A DNA stretch of 64,000 nucleotides, from the NCBI RefSeq assembly GCF_009914755.1, contig NC_060945.1. One strand, given 5' to 3'. Positions 31,735 through 47,545 of this stretch are shown piece after piece. Position 1 is the first letter of the stretch; each line of letters starts with the position of its first letter. The stretch comes from the human T2T-CHM13v2.0 reference genome, Homo sapiens. A program made the translations under genes and the position numbers. The notes under the pieces are model-generated. The model ran no database searches and had not been told where the DNA came from. It saw only the letters and a list, made by a program, of their open reading frames with translations.

Positions 31735-32290
31735 CAGAGAACTAAGAATAGAGCTACCATTTGATCTAGTAATCCCACTGCTAGGAATCAATCCAAAGGA
31801 AAAGAAATCAGTGTATCAAAAAGATACCTGCATTTGTGTGTTTATAACAGCACTATTCACAATAGAAAAGATACTGAATCAACATAAGTGTTCATCAACA
31901 GACGACTGGATAAAGAAATGTGGTATATATATGCAATGAAATACTATTCAGCCAGGAGAAAGAATAAAATCATGTCTTTTGCAGCAACATGGATGGAACT
32001 GGAGGCCATTATCTTAAGTGAAACAACTCACATGCAGAAAGACAAATTTCAAATATTCCCACTTATAAGTGGGAGCCAAATAATGTATAGTGGACATAAA
32101 GTGTGGAATGATAGATCAGAGAGAGTTAGAAGGATGGCGCTGTGGGAGGCGGGTGGATATTAAGAAATTAATGTGTAGAGTGTACATTATTCAGGTGATG
32201 GATACCCTAAAAGCCCTGACTTCATCACTATGCAATCCACCCATGTAACAAAATTACACTTGTACCCCATACATTTACACAAATAGCATT
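31735..32290 (+). mobile_element. Old L1 (L1MA/L1PB4-like) 3' fragment
   Basis: atagagctaccatttgatctagtaatcccact...gcagcaacatggatggaactggaggccattatc...gccctgacttcatcactatgcaa. Confidence 0.88.
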
Positions 32291-32293
32291 TAA

Positions 32294-32638
<345 letters not shown>

Positions 32639-32993
32639 GCTCTTCCTCTTTTTTATCTGCAAATATTACCATAATCTTAAAATGATATTATAGTATTTCT
32701 TCAATCTGAAGAACATTATATATTACAAGCCTAACTCCCTAGAACAATAAGACTAGGTAGATAAGCAGAAAAATAAAATTAAACTAATTATATGTATATT
32801 TTAGGATAGGTTTAAGAAGAAATTAAGTATTTAAAAATTATTGAATTGATATATGTCCTGTGTTCTGCTTAAAGCATGAGACATTCAAAAAAATCCAAAT
32901 TTTAGGTGGTAATTATGGTATCAATTAAGTAATGTTATTTTATTATAAATGCTTAACTGTTTAAAAAGTTGATTTTCAAAGTTTTATTAGTTA

Positions 32994-33375
<382 letters not shown>

Positions 33376-35692
33376 TCATATATGAAATTATTTATTTCAG
33401 GAGTGTTAACACATATTTTAAGGAATTGTTTCAATAAGAAATCAGGTAATCCCTGTGATGTCTCTGGTCTGCTCTGAAAAGCTAAATTAAAGAATGAGAT
33501 CTTGGCAAGAGGCTCCCTGTCACTAATTTCATCTTTAATAGATGTCCGTTCAATGACTGTGATCCAGACTGTAAATCTATATATGATTGCCCACCCACGT
33601 GACTCCATATTTGCTTCTGGAAGCTGGGATGTGAGTGACTAGAAAGAGGTAATGGAGAAACTTTTTGGGTGATTGGAATGTTTTATATCTTCAGAGGAAT
33701 GTCAGTTTAACAGGTGCATGCATTTAAAAAATGCATCGATTTGTATACTTAAGTTTATGCATTTTCCTATATGTCAGCAGGAAAAAAGAATGGAAAACAA
33801 ATAGGAAACCTTGGTTGATGCGTGTGCTTTATGCAGTAGTATGAGTCAGCAATTCTCAAACTCCTTTTTGTGTTCCAGGCTTTCCAGACTTCAGCAAATA
33901 CATCAATAGCTTGTGGATAATAGGAACAATGTTTTTTGTTATTGGAATCAAGATGTAAAAATACAGAAGACAAGGTTAGGATTTATCCTCTAGTATTCTA
34001 TTGGAGTTGGAGTCATTGTTTTGAGTATATATTTGTAGGTATATAATAGAGCTTTGTTCACTGTATAGTTTTAGGAACAGGACACAACATCAGTAGCCAT
34101 AAGCACACAAGATCATGTTTACCAAAATACAGAAATAACTGAAATTAGTTAAGGTTTCTTACAGAAAAGTTGACTTCAGGACTAGGATAGAAAACACACA
34201 AGATTAACCTGGAACATCTTATTTTGACAGAAAATAAAAGAAGTTCTCAAAGAGTAGGACTATATTAAGGCTGATAAAGGAGCAAGCTTGAGGGTTTTTT
34301 TTTTTCAAATAGAAGAATTTTCCTACCTAATAACTGACCTGTATTCAAAAATATTAAAAACAAGAAATACAGAAAGGGGCTACTCTACACTAAAGGAGAT
34401 GAAAAAAGTGTAGCATCCAGATGCAATACACTATCCTGAATTGGTTCTAACATGGCAAACATGCAAACAAAATAAAGAGCATATTTGTGAAATTAATTAG
34501 GATTGTATTTCATTAATGTTAAATTTCCATGATTTGCTGTGATTCTGTAGGAAGTGTCCTGTTTTTAGTAAAAATACTCTGAGTACTTAAGAGTATAAAA
34601 ATACATCTAACCTACTACGAAATTGTTCAGAAAAAAAGTCTCCTGACTTAGAAAGAGATGATAATAAAATATACAGAGGAAAATGTAAGCAATTGGTGAG
34701 TCTGAGTAAAGGTATAAAGAGCTCTGTACTATTTTTGCAATTTTTATGCATGTTTGAAATTATATCAATATAAAAATTTCATAAAATAAATATGTTGAAT
34801 ATCTATTGTGCAAGACTTGGCGTCTTCCTTCATAGAGCTTTCCTATGCAGGAACTGCAACACAATCAACATTTTATTGCACATTCTTGCATGAATCGCGG
34901 TAGGCAAAAGCATTGCAGCATCTTATTGTTGTCCTGACAAGCAAGATAGATATCCTTATGAACTTCCTACAGATGAGGAAACGGAAACTTAGAGATACTA
35001 AGTTGCTTGTCCATAATCACACATGTGATTTGTTGGATATACAGGATTAAAATCCTCTCCTTTGGTTCAAAGTCAAACTTGCCCTTTAAGCCACAGGAAG
35101 GTTGGCCCACACTTCCAAATCCTTCTTTTAAGGTTGTAAAAGGACAATACCACGATAGAGAAACCGAACAGGCACAGGGTTATTTAGAATCACTCAGGAG
35201 AACTTAGCCTGAGGAATGCAAATGAAGTGTTGATGATAAGATTAAACAGAAGAGCTGTTCAATTAAACCATTTAACCACCTGCAGGTTAAAACACCTGCA
35301 ACAGGTTTACACTGAGGGCAAGCCACTTGTGTGGCATGAGTTTAATAACTTGCTTGATCTGAGTTATTCTTTTTATTAGGAAATTAAGCTTTCCATAGCA
35401 CAATTAGGCTTTTAAAGAGACAGATAAGAGCCAGTATTAACATACTGATAAAACAGTTTTTGATTAAACTATCTAAAACAATATCAGAAACTTTCTTTGT
35501 TAGAGACATGAAGTAGAAAGCAAGAAAACTCTTAGGCATTAGAGAAAAAAAAATAATTCCATTGAATGCCTAAGGAGAGTAAAATGCGTGGTTGGTAAGG
35601 ATAATTTTGAATTTATCAGAATTCTAGTACAACTTACCTTTGCTTGTGCTTAAGTTGAAACTGAAAAGACATTTTATTGTCCTATGTGATTG

Positions 35693-36229
35693 TGTGAGAG
35701 AAGCAGGAGCCTAGGAGAGCCAAAGTAACACCATTTTAAGTTCAGCCCCATCTTGAGACTAACAAGACACATTCCTTGCTGGTCATGACCCATAGTCATA
35801 AAATGTTTATTGTTGAGGAAGCAGCCTAAAGATACCTAGGAGGACACATTCCTACAATGGAAAGTCCGAATGTATCAACACCCATAACAATATATGCTTT
35901 CAAGATAATTATGCTTTGATGTACTTACACACTGCAATGTCAAGGATTGTTTTCTCCAAATCAATGGAATAATAAATTTTGTCAAGGTTACTCTCATGTA
36001 GACACAGCCTAGTTTAGTATTTACATAGACAAGACCCCCATAGAAGAAAAACTTAAAGACAGGGCGTTCCTTCTCTTGCTTTCTAAGGATGCCCTACTTT
36101 GTGACTCAGGAGCTTTCAATAAACGATCTTTTTGCACTGCACTCTGCGACTGGCCTTGAATTCCTTCCTGTGTGAGATCCAAGAATCCTCTCTTGGCACC
36201 TGGATCTGGATTCCTTTTCTCTGGTAACA
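35693..36229 (+). mobile_element. ERV1 solo LTR, MER41-family-like
   Basis: TG...CA ends; 4-bp TSD ATTG; AATAAA near 36118; U5 gagatccaagaatcctctcttgg...ggtaaca. Confidence 0.8.
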
Positions 36230-38059
36230 ATTGGACATGTGTTTATACTAGGTAAAACTGCCTTTCTATTTTCTACACATATTTGTTGTTTGAAAAGCTA
36301 TGAGATTGGTATCATTAACCTATTAGAAGTACATCTGTAAAATAGATAATTGAAAGACATCACTAATATTACTGCGAGCCTGATTGACGTTTAGACAGCA
36401 TATGTTTGGCAAGAACATTAAACAGGAATTTGCCAAATTCAAGGCTGATATAGCAAGGTTGCTAACTTATTAAGATCTACCTATGTGCAACAGAAAACAC
36501 TGACTTTTTAGCTAAAACTAGCTTTAATTTGCATCACAGTTAGGATACAGATGTTACGCTATCCGTGACATGTCCAAAGCAAACAACATGTGTAAAGATT
36601 AAAGCCATGTTTAGAAGGGGATGGAAAAATTGCCTCTACAGATGCTTGTTATAGTATGAAAATAAATTACAATATGATTATTAGGAGGCAGCAAAGTCAA
36701 GAGGGTGCACTTTAGTTAAGGGAGAGGCTGCAATTTAGTCTCCAGGATGTAACACTCAATGGATAGAATCAGAGAGAGCTTTAGATGTAGATGGGATGGT
36801 GCTGTCGGTAGCTCCTTTGGAGACCAGCTATTTGGCAAACCTGAGAGCTAGTTGAGGGTCCTTTTTCTCCAAAGTCCTGGGATTATGCATTTGAGTCTAC
36901 TTTCACTCTGATATAATGGGTATTTAGGCATAAGTGCAATCTTTTAATGTTCATTCTACCTGGCATTCCCCATCTCCTTTAAAATTTTCACAATCTCTGT
37001 GTCTGACAGTTGGTCTTTATTTACCCAAGGATCTTAAATATCTATGTGGGTAAGGAAAGTTGAGTCTTGTAACCTGATTAACTACGGCTGCCTCGTCCAT
37101 GCCCGGTTCTTTCCTCGTCAATGCCTGGTTCTTTCTAACATGGTTCTTTCCTCTGAGGTTCTGGATCCTGGCTACAGAGAGGCTTACTCTAATCCTCATG
37201 GGTAAGGTCATTCACTGGACACCTCACTGACATAGGGACAGGAGATGAGTCCTAGATCAAGCTCATACGTATTATATGAGGAAGCTCCCTTTTTTCCTGA
37301 CTGAATTCAGAACCATGTGACTATCTAGAGAGGTGGCATCTTTGATGTGGAAGAGGAGCATGAACATGTTCTTGGGTCCAGGATCATTTAGCTTTTCCTC
37401 CTTTACTCCCACCCCCTTCTATCCACTCTGTTCTCTCCTCTAGGACTGCAAAATAAATGTCAAAATTCAACATTATCTTGTCCTATTATAGTACAAAACA
37501 GAGTCAGATACGGTTGATATTAGTTCTAAATTTCAGTTAATAGGTAGCAATCAAAATAGATCTGACTTAAGAACTAAATACTTTTATCTTAATTCACAAC
37601 AAAGTGCTTATCCATGAACTTCCAGAGCACAGTATAATTGTAATTTGAGGGCTACCTAAGAATACTGATACTGACAATTTGCTAGCAATAAATATTGGAC
37701 AAATTGAATGGTAACCAGTACAATTTATACAATAAATACTAATTTCACGCTCTTAAAAATGCTTACCTTTTGAATTGGCAAAAGTTTCCATTTTTATGTA
37801 TGTAAAAGTGTAAAAAGATCTAATGATGTAATATCTAATGTAGAAGAATTAATATTCATATCTAATGCAGGATAATTTTTTAAAATGTATCTCTATTTTC
37901 ATACATGACATTAATGGGAAAATAATTGGAATGTTTATAATGTCATAAACAGCAGGATTTCCCTGGTGGGATGGTTTTGTGATGCTGCATGAAATGGGAT
38001 GCTCGGCAGTGTCTGCTGTGGTGACCTAGTTTGGGAAGGGACACTTGACATCACACTCA

Positions 38060-38389
<330 letters not shown>

Positions 38390-38393
38390 TTAC

Positions 38394-38443
38394 ATTTATG
38401 GTTACACTGTAACCGAATCAAGGAATCCTGTAAACACTGTTGA
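38394..38443 (-). CDS. TMPRSS15: TMPRSS15 exon 20 (50-nt exon, end of SRCR domain)
   Basis: TTACAG acceptor and GTAAGT donor; QQCLQDSLIRLQCNHK; phase 2 to 1 links exons 19 and 21. Confidence 0.95.
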
Positions 38444-38609
38444 CTGTAATAGAAGAACAATCATATTTTTAAAATTATGCATTTAATATTTTCAAGTCAA
38501 ACATCATATAGGTTATCCTACTTTTGCTTTAGTAAAATGGACATCTTAATGTCTCATATATGAAATGTAGGGAGACTGAATTGTAAGCCGAAGAAGCCCC
38601 AGTTTAATG

Positions 38610-38800
38610 TCAAATAGAGGTGAGTTTGCATCCTTATTCTACCATTTCTATGTGACTTCAGGGAAGTTACTCAATATCCCTGAGACCCAGTTTCTTCTTC
38701 CATAAAATGGGGGTAATAATACTTTATTGGAGTGTTGTGAGAATAAAAAGCAATATTTGCAATAAAACTATTACAGGGCCTTATACACAATGAAATTCTA
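38610..38800 (+). mobile_element. MIR SINE
   Basis: tgtgacttcagggaagttactcaat...cagtttc...taaaatgggggtaataatac...gttgtgagaataaa core. Confidence 0.75.
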
Positions 38801-39661
38801 TAAATGATAGATATTGTTATGTTACTTGAACCGACATTGGTTTTCATCATTCTATAACACAGAGTATGCCTCAGTATTGCCAATCTGACAACTATTCCGT
38901 GCCCAACACCGTGTATGAGGCTGTGTGCTTCATTCAGGGAATTGAATGATGAATGCGTCACAGGTGCTGCTTTCAAGGAAGGCAGACACGTAAGAAGCAC
39001 ATATAAAAGAAAGCATAGGCAAAAATTACTGAAAACTCATCACCTGCTTAGAAATTTAAATACCAACTTTTTTCAGTGTCAAGAATTCCATTTTAAACAA
39101 AAACTAAGCAAATTTGTTTTACAGTGCATTATACTTATCAGCCACTAGAGATCAGTATAACACAAGAAATTAGAGTACTTGCTCCCACTATTTCCAAATG
39201 CAACCACTGCAGATATCGGCTACATTAAAACACACACATTATACATGCAGATACACAAATAATTGTAATGACTTACTTACATTTATATACTTAGCTACAG
39301 CTAATTGTGCATGCTGTTTAGATCTTTAAAAATGCAACGTAAATAAGACCTAAGATCCACACGTCTAATCAAAGCAATTCAGTGTTTCAGGAAAATATAT
39401 GATAAAGTTTATTTGAAATCATATGTATACGTATTGAATGACTGGCATATTCTTTACAACACAGAATGATTTTAGTTGAAATATAAGGAAGTCTATCTTT
39501 TTAGTAACTAGTGTGCATGCATGTATATCAATCTAGATATATTGACATGTATTTCTAACACCCCAAGGAAGTCTCAATTAACTCCCCTTTTTTTCACCCT
39601 GTGGTGGGAGGTGGTGGTCTGAGTCTGCATATATCTCACAATAGGTTACAGAATCAGAATA

Positions 39662-39966
<305 letters not shown>

Positions 39967-41524
39967 TCAGAATATAGGTCAGTAGATTTTTATAGTTGGC
40001 TGAATCATTTTCCCTGACATCCTCTTCTTTTACCTATTTTTTATTACAACCACTAGCGCAAGGGCATTTTCAAAAACACCAGTTTTCATAGGGATACAAA
40101 CATAATCATCTATGCAATAAATAATAAATGCATAAATAAATTAACCAAATAAATAAATGAACATATGTCTGATTTTCTGCCAACCCAATATAATGTGGCT
40201 AATTAAGGAAGGGATTAAGGACATTTAATTAACTGGCTTGTTGATGTGATGAAAGGTTAAAATATGTCTATAAATGATGTCTCTCTCAAATAGCACACAC
40301 ATACATTATAATAGTGACGTCAATGGAAAATGATACTGGCATTTCGTTGATAAGCATAGAATAAGCTAGTTTTGATCTCAAGCATGCATATAATTAACAT
40401 AAATGATTTTAAATAATTTTTTCTTACAAATTTTTAAATGCCTCTAAGACATGAAAAGAAGAAATTCTCAATGTTCAAACTGCTTCAGGATCTATATGGT
40501 AATATAAATTTAGACACGCCTTACAGGAAAGGAAATCTAGAAGCCTGCTTTCTCATTTGCAGATGCTTTGCTTCATATCCGATGAGACTCATAATATCAG
40601 TCAAGGCCCAGCAAACATTGATATAAAACATTCAACTGCAAAGTTCTTTTTTTGGTACTCAAAATACTCCTTTACCATTTTTATTTTTTTACTGGTTAAG
40701 CTCACAGAAATGTTAACTTTTCATGAAAAACTGAATAATTATCTAATTTCATTTTTTACCATGAAACAAAATATACCAGCAAAGCATCTTAAATCCTTGT
40801 TTGTAGTTATGGCTTCTTGCAGTTACATTCTTCCCACCCACAGCTGTTCTTTAATGGAACTGTAAAATTCAGAAGCCAATTTCAACAAAAATTACCATTA
40901 ATACCCAAATAGGAGAAATGACTTAATTTAGCTAAAACAGATCTTTGAATACAGGAAAGATGCTGCTTTTTAATACCTTAGTAAAGGCTATAAAAGTAAA
41001 CCTAATATCAAAAAGTAAAAGAGAATATGTAGACACGATGAAAGGTCTAGACTTCTTCATTTAATATTCATGATCTATTTGCCAAGGAAGAGAAAAGAAT
41101 ATCAAGATATTCCCCTCTTTCTTCTCTTTTAGTGGTAGCTAATTTGTTCCGCCTCCAGTCTGATCAACACTGGACCTGTTTTATCCCAGTTCTCACAATT
41201 TCTTTCCAAGTGATTTAATTATTTATTAATCTGAGGCTAATGATAAAAAAGGGTATAAAATTAAAACATGTCAAATCCCTATGAGTGTGCCAGAAATTTA
41301 CATACAGAATATTTCTTTTGACCATCTTATATGTATTAGGGTTAGAAACTGTTATCAGATATTAAATAGATACTGTTTGAGATTACTTAAATAATAATAT
41401 AAGTCAAATAACTTTCAAGATTATATGACCAGTATGTAATAGCATTCAAATCTGACTGGCTTCAACAATCTATCTTCTGCCATGTCTATGTACAACTAGT
41501 CTAAGAACAGATTTAGGGACCCAC

Positions 41525-41620
41525 CTGGGTGTTAGTATTAAGTGGCCATCAGGTGCTGTGTTTAATTTGACAAATGGTCCACCATCGGTAGAGAAGATTG
41601 GCTTTGATGAGTTTCCACTC
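41525..41620 (-). CDS. TMPRSS15: TMPRSS15 exon 19 (SRCR domain)
   Basis: CTCTAG acceptor and GTGGGT donor; 96 nt; SGNSSKPIFSTDGGPFVKLNTAPDGHLILTP. Confidence 0.95.
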
Positions 41621-43941
41621 CTAGAGAAAAAAGAAAAAAGCATACAGACAAAACAAAAGCATAAAGAAAAGACCATAAGTTAGACTTTCAGTTCCTTAAT
41701 GCTATGGACATTAAAACAAATTATGGGATACCAGCCAAAAAAATGAACGTTTTAATATAAAACTTCATGTGTTTTCCTATCTAAAGGATGATGCAAATGA
41801 GTAGAATTACCCATAATCCCATGAAATGTCATTTTAACTTTAATGTAATATCTTTAGTCTTTGTTTGCATTCTTATGTATTATTTTACAAAGTTAAATCA
41901 TTACATATATCACTTAGTTACCTGTTTTATAAATGTGATTTTTTCTATGTTGTCAAATAGTTTCCATAAAAACCGCTTTGAATGACAATTTCCCAGCATT
42001 GCTGCACTGTAATTTATTAAGCTTTTCTCCTGTTGTATAGCTCATCTTTTTTTTGGCTCATCTTTTTAAAAGTGCATGTAGATAACAACATAGACAGAGA
42101 CTATCTTCAGTGTTTAATTTTGCTTTGTTCTTGATATTTCATTCAATTCAAAGGCTAACAAGCCCTAATTTAAAGGAAGTCATGTGACTGCACTAAAGGA
42201 GAGACTATGCAGCTTTGGCCTGCAAGTGTCAATTGGCGAGGCACCACAGGGTGGAGAGAGACACCTCTGTGTGATCAAAGACATTGAGGCCCCAGGCTTT
42301 CTTTTCCCTGAAAACCTATAATTCCCATGCTCTCAACTGTGAGCTCTAATTGAAGATTTCTCTTAATTATCCTGACACTCTTTTTTAGACTTAGCTGGAG
42401 ACTTTTAGCTTTTAATTCTTAATCTTGTTTCTTGCCTTTTATTTCAGATTTTAATCATCATATAAAAATATGCCTTTAGGCTGGAAACATCCTGATTTCT
42501 GCTCTCTTCTACCAGTGAGCAGGGAGATGATGTGGTTCTACCTTTTGGAGTACTGTGATGGACCCACCCATTGCCTCTTTAAAAGAAGCCCCAATGTCTT
42601 CCCCAGGCTATTGCCAACACTGACCCTTTTCTGTCTGTTTCCAGGGAACTTCCAAGTAACATTCAAAGCTTTTCTGATCAATTAGAAGATACGAACTATT
42701 TAGAAAGTGGTTCTTCTCTCTTTTAATGTTTTCATCAAGCTGAAAGAATGTTTAGTAACTTTCATCTACTGAACGTAGAGCTGGGACAATAGATGTCTAT
42801 TTAATGTTCCAGAATTTAAATCTTGCACTTTTATTTTGTAAACAGATAAAAGTAACTGAAACACACAAAGCCATTACCATACTTTAATAAAGCCTGAAAT
42901 GGATTTACCAAGGGAAAGATGAGCCTTGGAATTCCTATTGTTAAAGATTATGCTATTCCACCAAGTGGGCAGAAGGAAAATCTCATTTAAATATTTACAT
43001 AAAATGTATTTGCTATGGCTTAGAAAACAAAACAGGTGTGAAGATGTCAAAGGGTAGCTGAGAATGTAGAAAGTCTGGAATGCTCCAGATCATGAAGAAC
43101 TTCACAGATGCAGAACACTTTTATTTAAGGACTCACACATTTAGAGCAGACCGAATCTAGATAAACACAGATGTTAGAGGACCTTGAATTTCACCATTCT
43201 TGCAGGTTTTGGTAGAAATCCTCACAGTAATCTCAGCTTTCAAAAATATCAAGGGATGCCATTTCAAATTAAAGAGGTTTTAGTTGTGTTTTGCTGTCTG
43301 CAGGCTCCAGAAACGTCACTGGAATTCGTTGATTCGTGAACATCACTGCTGCCAGAGTAAAGTTGGTTGGTTGGGAGAGTCATTCTCCAGCCTGTCTTCT
43401 AGACATCTCTCTTCTTTTCTTGTGTTTGATCATTTCTAGTTTCCTCATTCAGCTGAATGCCTGCCCTGTGTTTAACATTCTTCTAGGTAGTTTTCCACGT
43501 TCTTGACTCCCCATGACACATTCTCAAAGTGATGCTCTTTCCAGACAAGCAGCACCAGCCTCAGGAGAGAACATAGGTCCAAAGGCAAATTCTCCACCCT
43601 CACTCGAGGCCGACTTAGCCAGTAGTCTTAGGCCTGCTCTAGGGTAGGGTCCGGCTATCTGTATTTCACCAAGCCCTCCAGGTGATCCTGGTGCCTGCTA
43701 CAGTCAGGAAATCATGTTATAGCCAAATATAGCATCTTTTTCTGCTACTGGCATGAGGCTCTGCTTTTTGACATACAAAGTGACTTCTAGTTACCCAATA
43801 ATCTGTTTTACGGCACTCATGTCTAAATGAGGAAACCTTTTGAAAGGTGTATCATTAAAAATAGATGTTAGAGAGGTGGATTTTAGACTCTTCACTTATC
43901 TATAGCTATCCTTTCCCCCGTCTCTTGGATATCTCTTTTAA

Positions 43942-44592
<651 letters not shown>

Positions 44593-47545
44593 TAGAAGGA
44601 AAGATGACTAGAGCCAAATTTTTAAGAATAATGGGTATTCAGTAAATGCCACTTGTTCCACCCTGAGATTTTCAAATGCTGCTCCAGGGTGGCACTTTCA
44701 CTATCCAGCAGAGAAAATTGGAGATACATATACACATGGATAAAAGATGTGTAATCTTATTTTCTGAGATGATCTTTTCAACATTTTTAGTCTCAAATTT
44801 AACATGAGAAAACAAATATAAATATGTCGTCTTGGGTTATTTAGAGTAGTTGAACAAAATACTCCTTCAAAAATAGTTACAAAATTATCACATAATTACA
44901 TTTTTGTACTAAATATTGTTACCAGTAACATAAGAGTAGGGTATAGGGCCCTCAGTTCATACCAATGTTTCTCCAGATGTCAGTTCTACATGTTAAATTT
45001 GGGATTTGTGATGGACTACCTGCATTTCAAATCCTGTCAAGTCAAACTCATTCTTTTTCTGACTAAACACAATTTATTTCTTTGTAAGCACAGTAAACAG
45101 ATTAAAAAGCAGCAGAAGTTTACAACAAACTATTCCTTATTTTAAGAAATCACGAGGCAATAAATATACATTAAAAATCTTCTTCACAGAAGAAAAGATT
45201 ACCCTATGTGAAGTCACCATTTACTTTTGAAAGACAAAAATCTCAGAACTACTAAAAAATTGAATTCAGAGGAAATGTATTATATTAAGTTCTGTAATAT
45301 TTAAGCACGCACCTGAGGCTCTTACTGCCTCAGTTTTCTTTTCTTGCAAGGAAATTAGTTGTTGATTTTTAGAGAGGCACTCTGCGAAGATTAAAACTAG
45401 ACTGTACATTTTCTAAATCTTTAAAATGTTCCATATTTGCAGATTTAGATAACTTCATTACACATTCACATAGCTGTTTGAAATCAGAAGTTTAGTATCA
45501 CATAGAAACTCCATATAGCATTACCTTGTTGACATACTAATGCCTCCCGGAAACCTATTTCTAAGCTTTTATTGCCATTTTTATAGGTTATATAACCTCA
45601 AAGAGCTCTCCTTACTTTAGGAAAACTTTATTCCATGTGAGAAAAGAAGCATATAGATGCAACCATTATTATTTTTGAGGTCATAGATGGCGTATAAAAA
45701 TATACTCATAGATGAATTCTAGGGAGTAAAAAAGGATATCTCAAGGATACTTGCATGGTATTAAATCTTCTGCTCTGTTCTTAGCCCCTGACTAGGTTTC
45801 TTCTCTTTTGTCTCACTTCTCAGGCTGAATTTGCTGTGATAAGAATTCTTCCCTGGAGCAGGAGCTTAGGCGGGGATGTTTTAAGGCCTTTGGACACACT
45901 AAAGCTAAAAAGAATAATAATGCATGCTGCAAATACTGCAACTAGGCACTGTAGCTCATTTCACACCCCAAAAGGTTTAAGTAATGAATAGAGCCAGGTG
46001 GGATTAGCCCGAAAAGGCTTTTGGAGAAGGACGGTTGTTTCTTTTCAGATTGGAGGGAAAGAAGGGGATTGATTTAGCAGGACAGAAGGCAGGGGGACCA
46101 TTTTACAGGCAGAGGCTTGGTGGATAGAAGAGATTCAATGGCAAATCATCCCACTAGGAAAGTAAAGGCATGTGGGCAGGTAGGTAGAAATGCCATTTCT
46201 GAGCTGGACACATTTCCACTACAATTATTTAACCATGTATTGCATTTATAACAATACACCTAGCACACACCTAGCCCAGTGATAGCTCTTAGCAAACAGG
46301 TAAGTTTAATTAATTTTAGATTTTCTGACTTCCACCCTTAGGAGTTGATGGCATTTACTCAGAAGTAAAGAAATGTCAATAAAAACAATTATCTTAACCT
46401 AATCAATTTCTACTTTTGTGCAAGCTACTGTATTAAGAGCAAGAGGTAAATTGATGGGTTAGTCTGGTAGCTATTCTCTGTTATCTTACAGATGCAATGG
46501 TATTACAAAGGAAAGAAACTGCTGGTACCTCCTTCCTACCAAAAATACGTCTGAGAGAAGTGATACTTCTAGGAGATTGTCAAAGAGGCAGAATCTCTTC
46601 ATGGGCAACATCTTGGAAACCTTGGGCAACGTGAACCACTTTAACATTATTTCCTTAGCTGCTGCTGCTGTTGGAGTTCCTTTTGTTTGTTTGTTTGTTT
46701 GTTTGGAGTAGAGGGCATATGACACACACCTCTACATTTCTTATTAAGTTTTCTCAGTGCATTATCACTTTCTAAGTACACATGAGTGAAATTTCCTTTA
46801 GAATTTAGTGTCCTTTAGAACTTGTCATCCCTTTGGAACTGTTAGCATTTATCTTATTTCGTCAGGAAAATTACATGGTTTTTTAATGTTTTCCTTTTTG
46901 CGTGGGTCTCCAGCAATCTCAGACATAAGTGTTAGTAATTACACCGACCTTTCATGTTTTGTAGATTTGCCTCTTTATTTCTTTGGATCTTATTTTTCTG
47001 TAGTATTCTATTAAACTTACTGCATATGTTCTTTGTTATATAGACCTCAGTTCCTTTTTGGAAAACAGATAATGGAAGAAAATCATGGGGGAAAAAAGAA
47101 AGAATAGAAGCACATGAGGAAAGAAGAAAGAAAATGAGGAAAGGAGAAAGAGGAAGGAAAAATTAAAGGGAGGGAGGAAAAAGGGGATATTATTTCACTG
47201 GATTTTATCGATTTTATTCAAAAATTGTTCTTCATCTCATAGAATATATAGCGTTAATTACAAGTTGAGCAGTTGGAAGCACTTTTTAGAATAAAAGCAG
47301 AATGAATAAGGAAGGTTTTGTTATAAGCTTCATAGGGCTGAGGTTTTCTGTCCTTACCTATTTCTGTTTTAGAATATAGAAACCTCCTCTTTTCCAAATA
47401 ACAGGATCTAAGGAAATGATAAAGGACATTGTCTTGGGTGAAAACATACTCTCTTGTTTTTATATAACAAAATAAATACCTATACATTACAGATAATTTT
47501 TGGCAGATGATTTGTAATTGTGCCAAAACATAAAAGATGTTCTCC

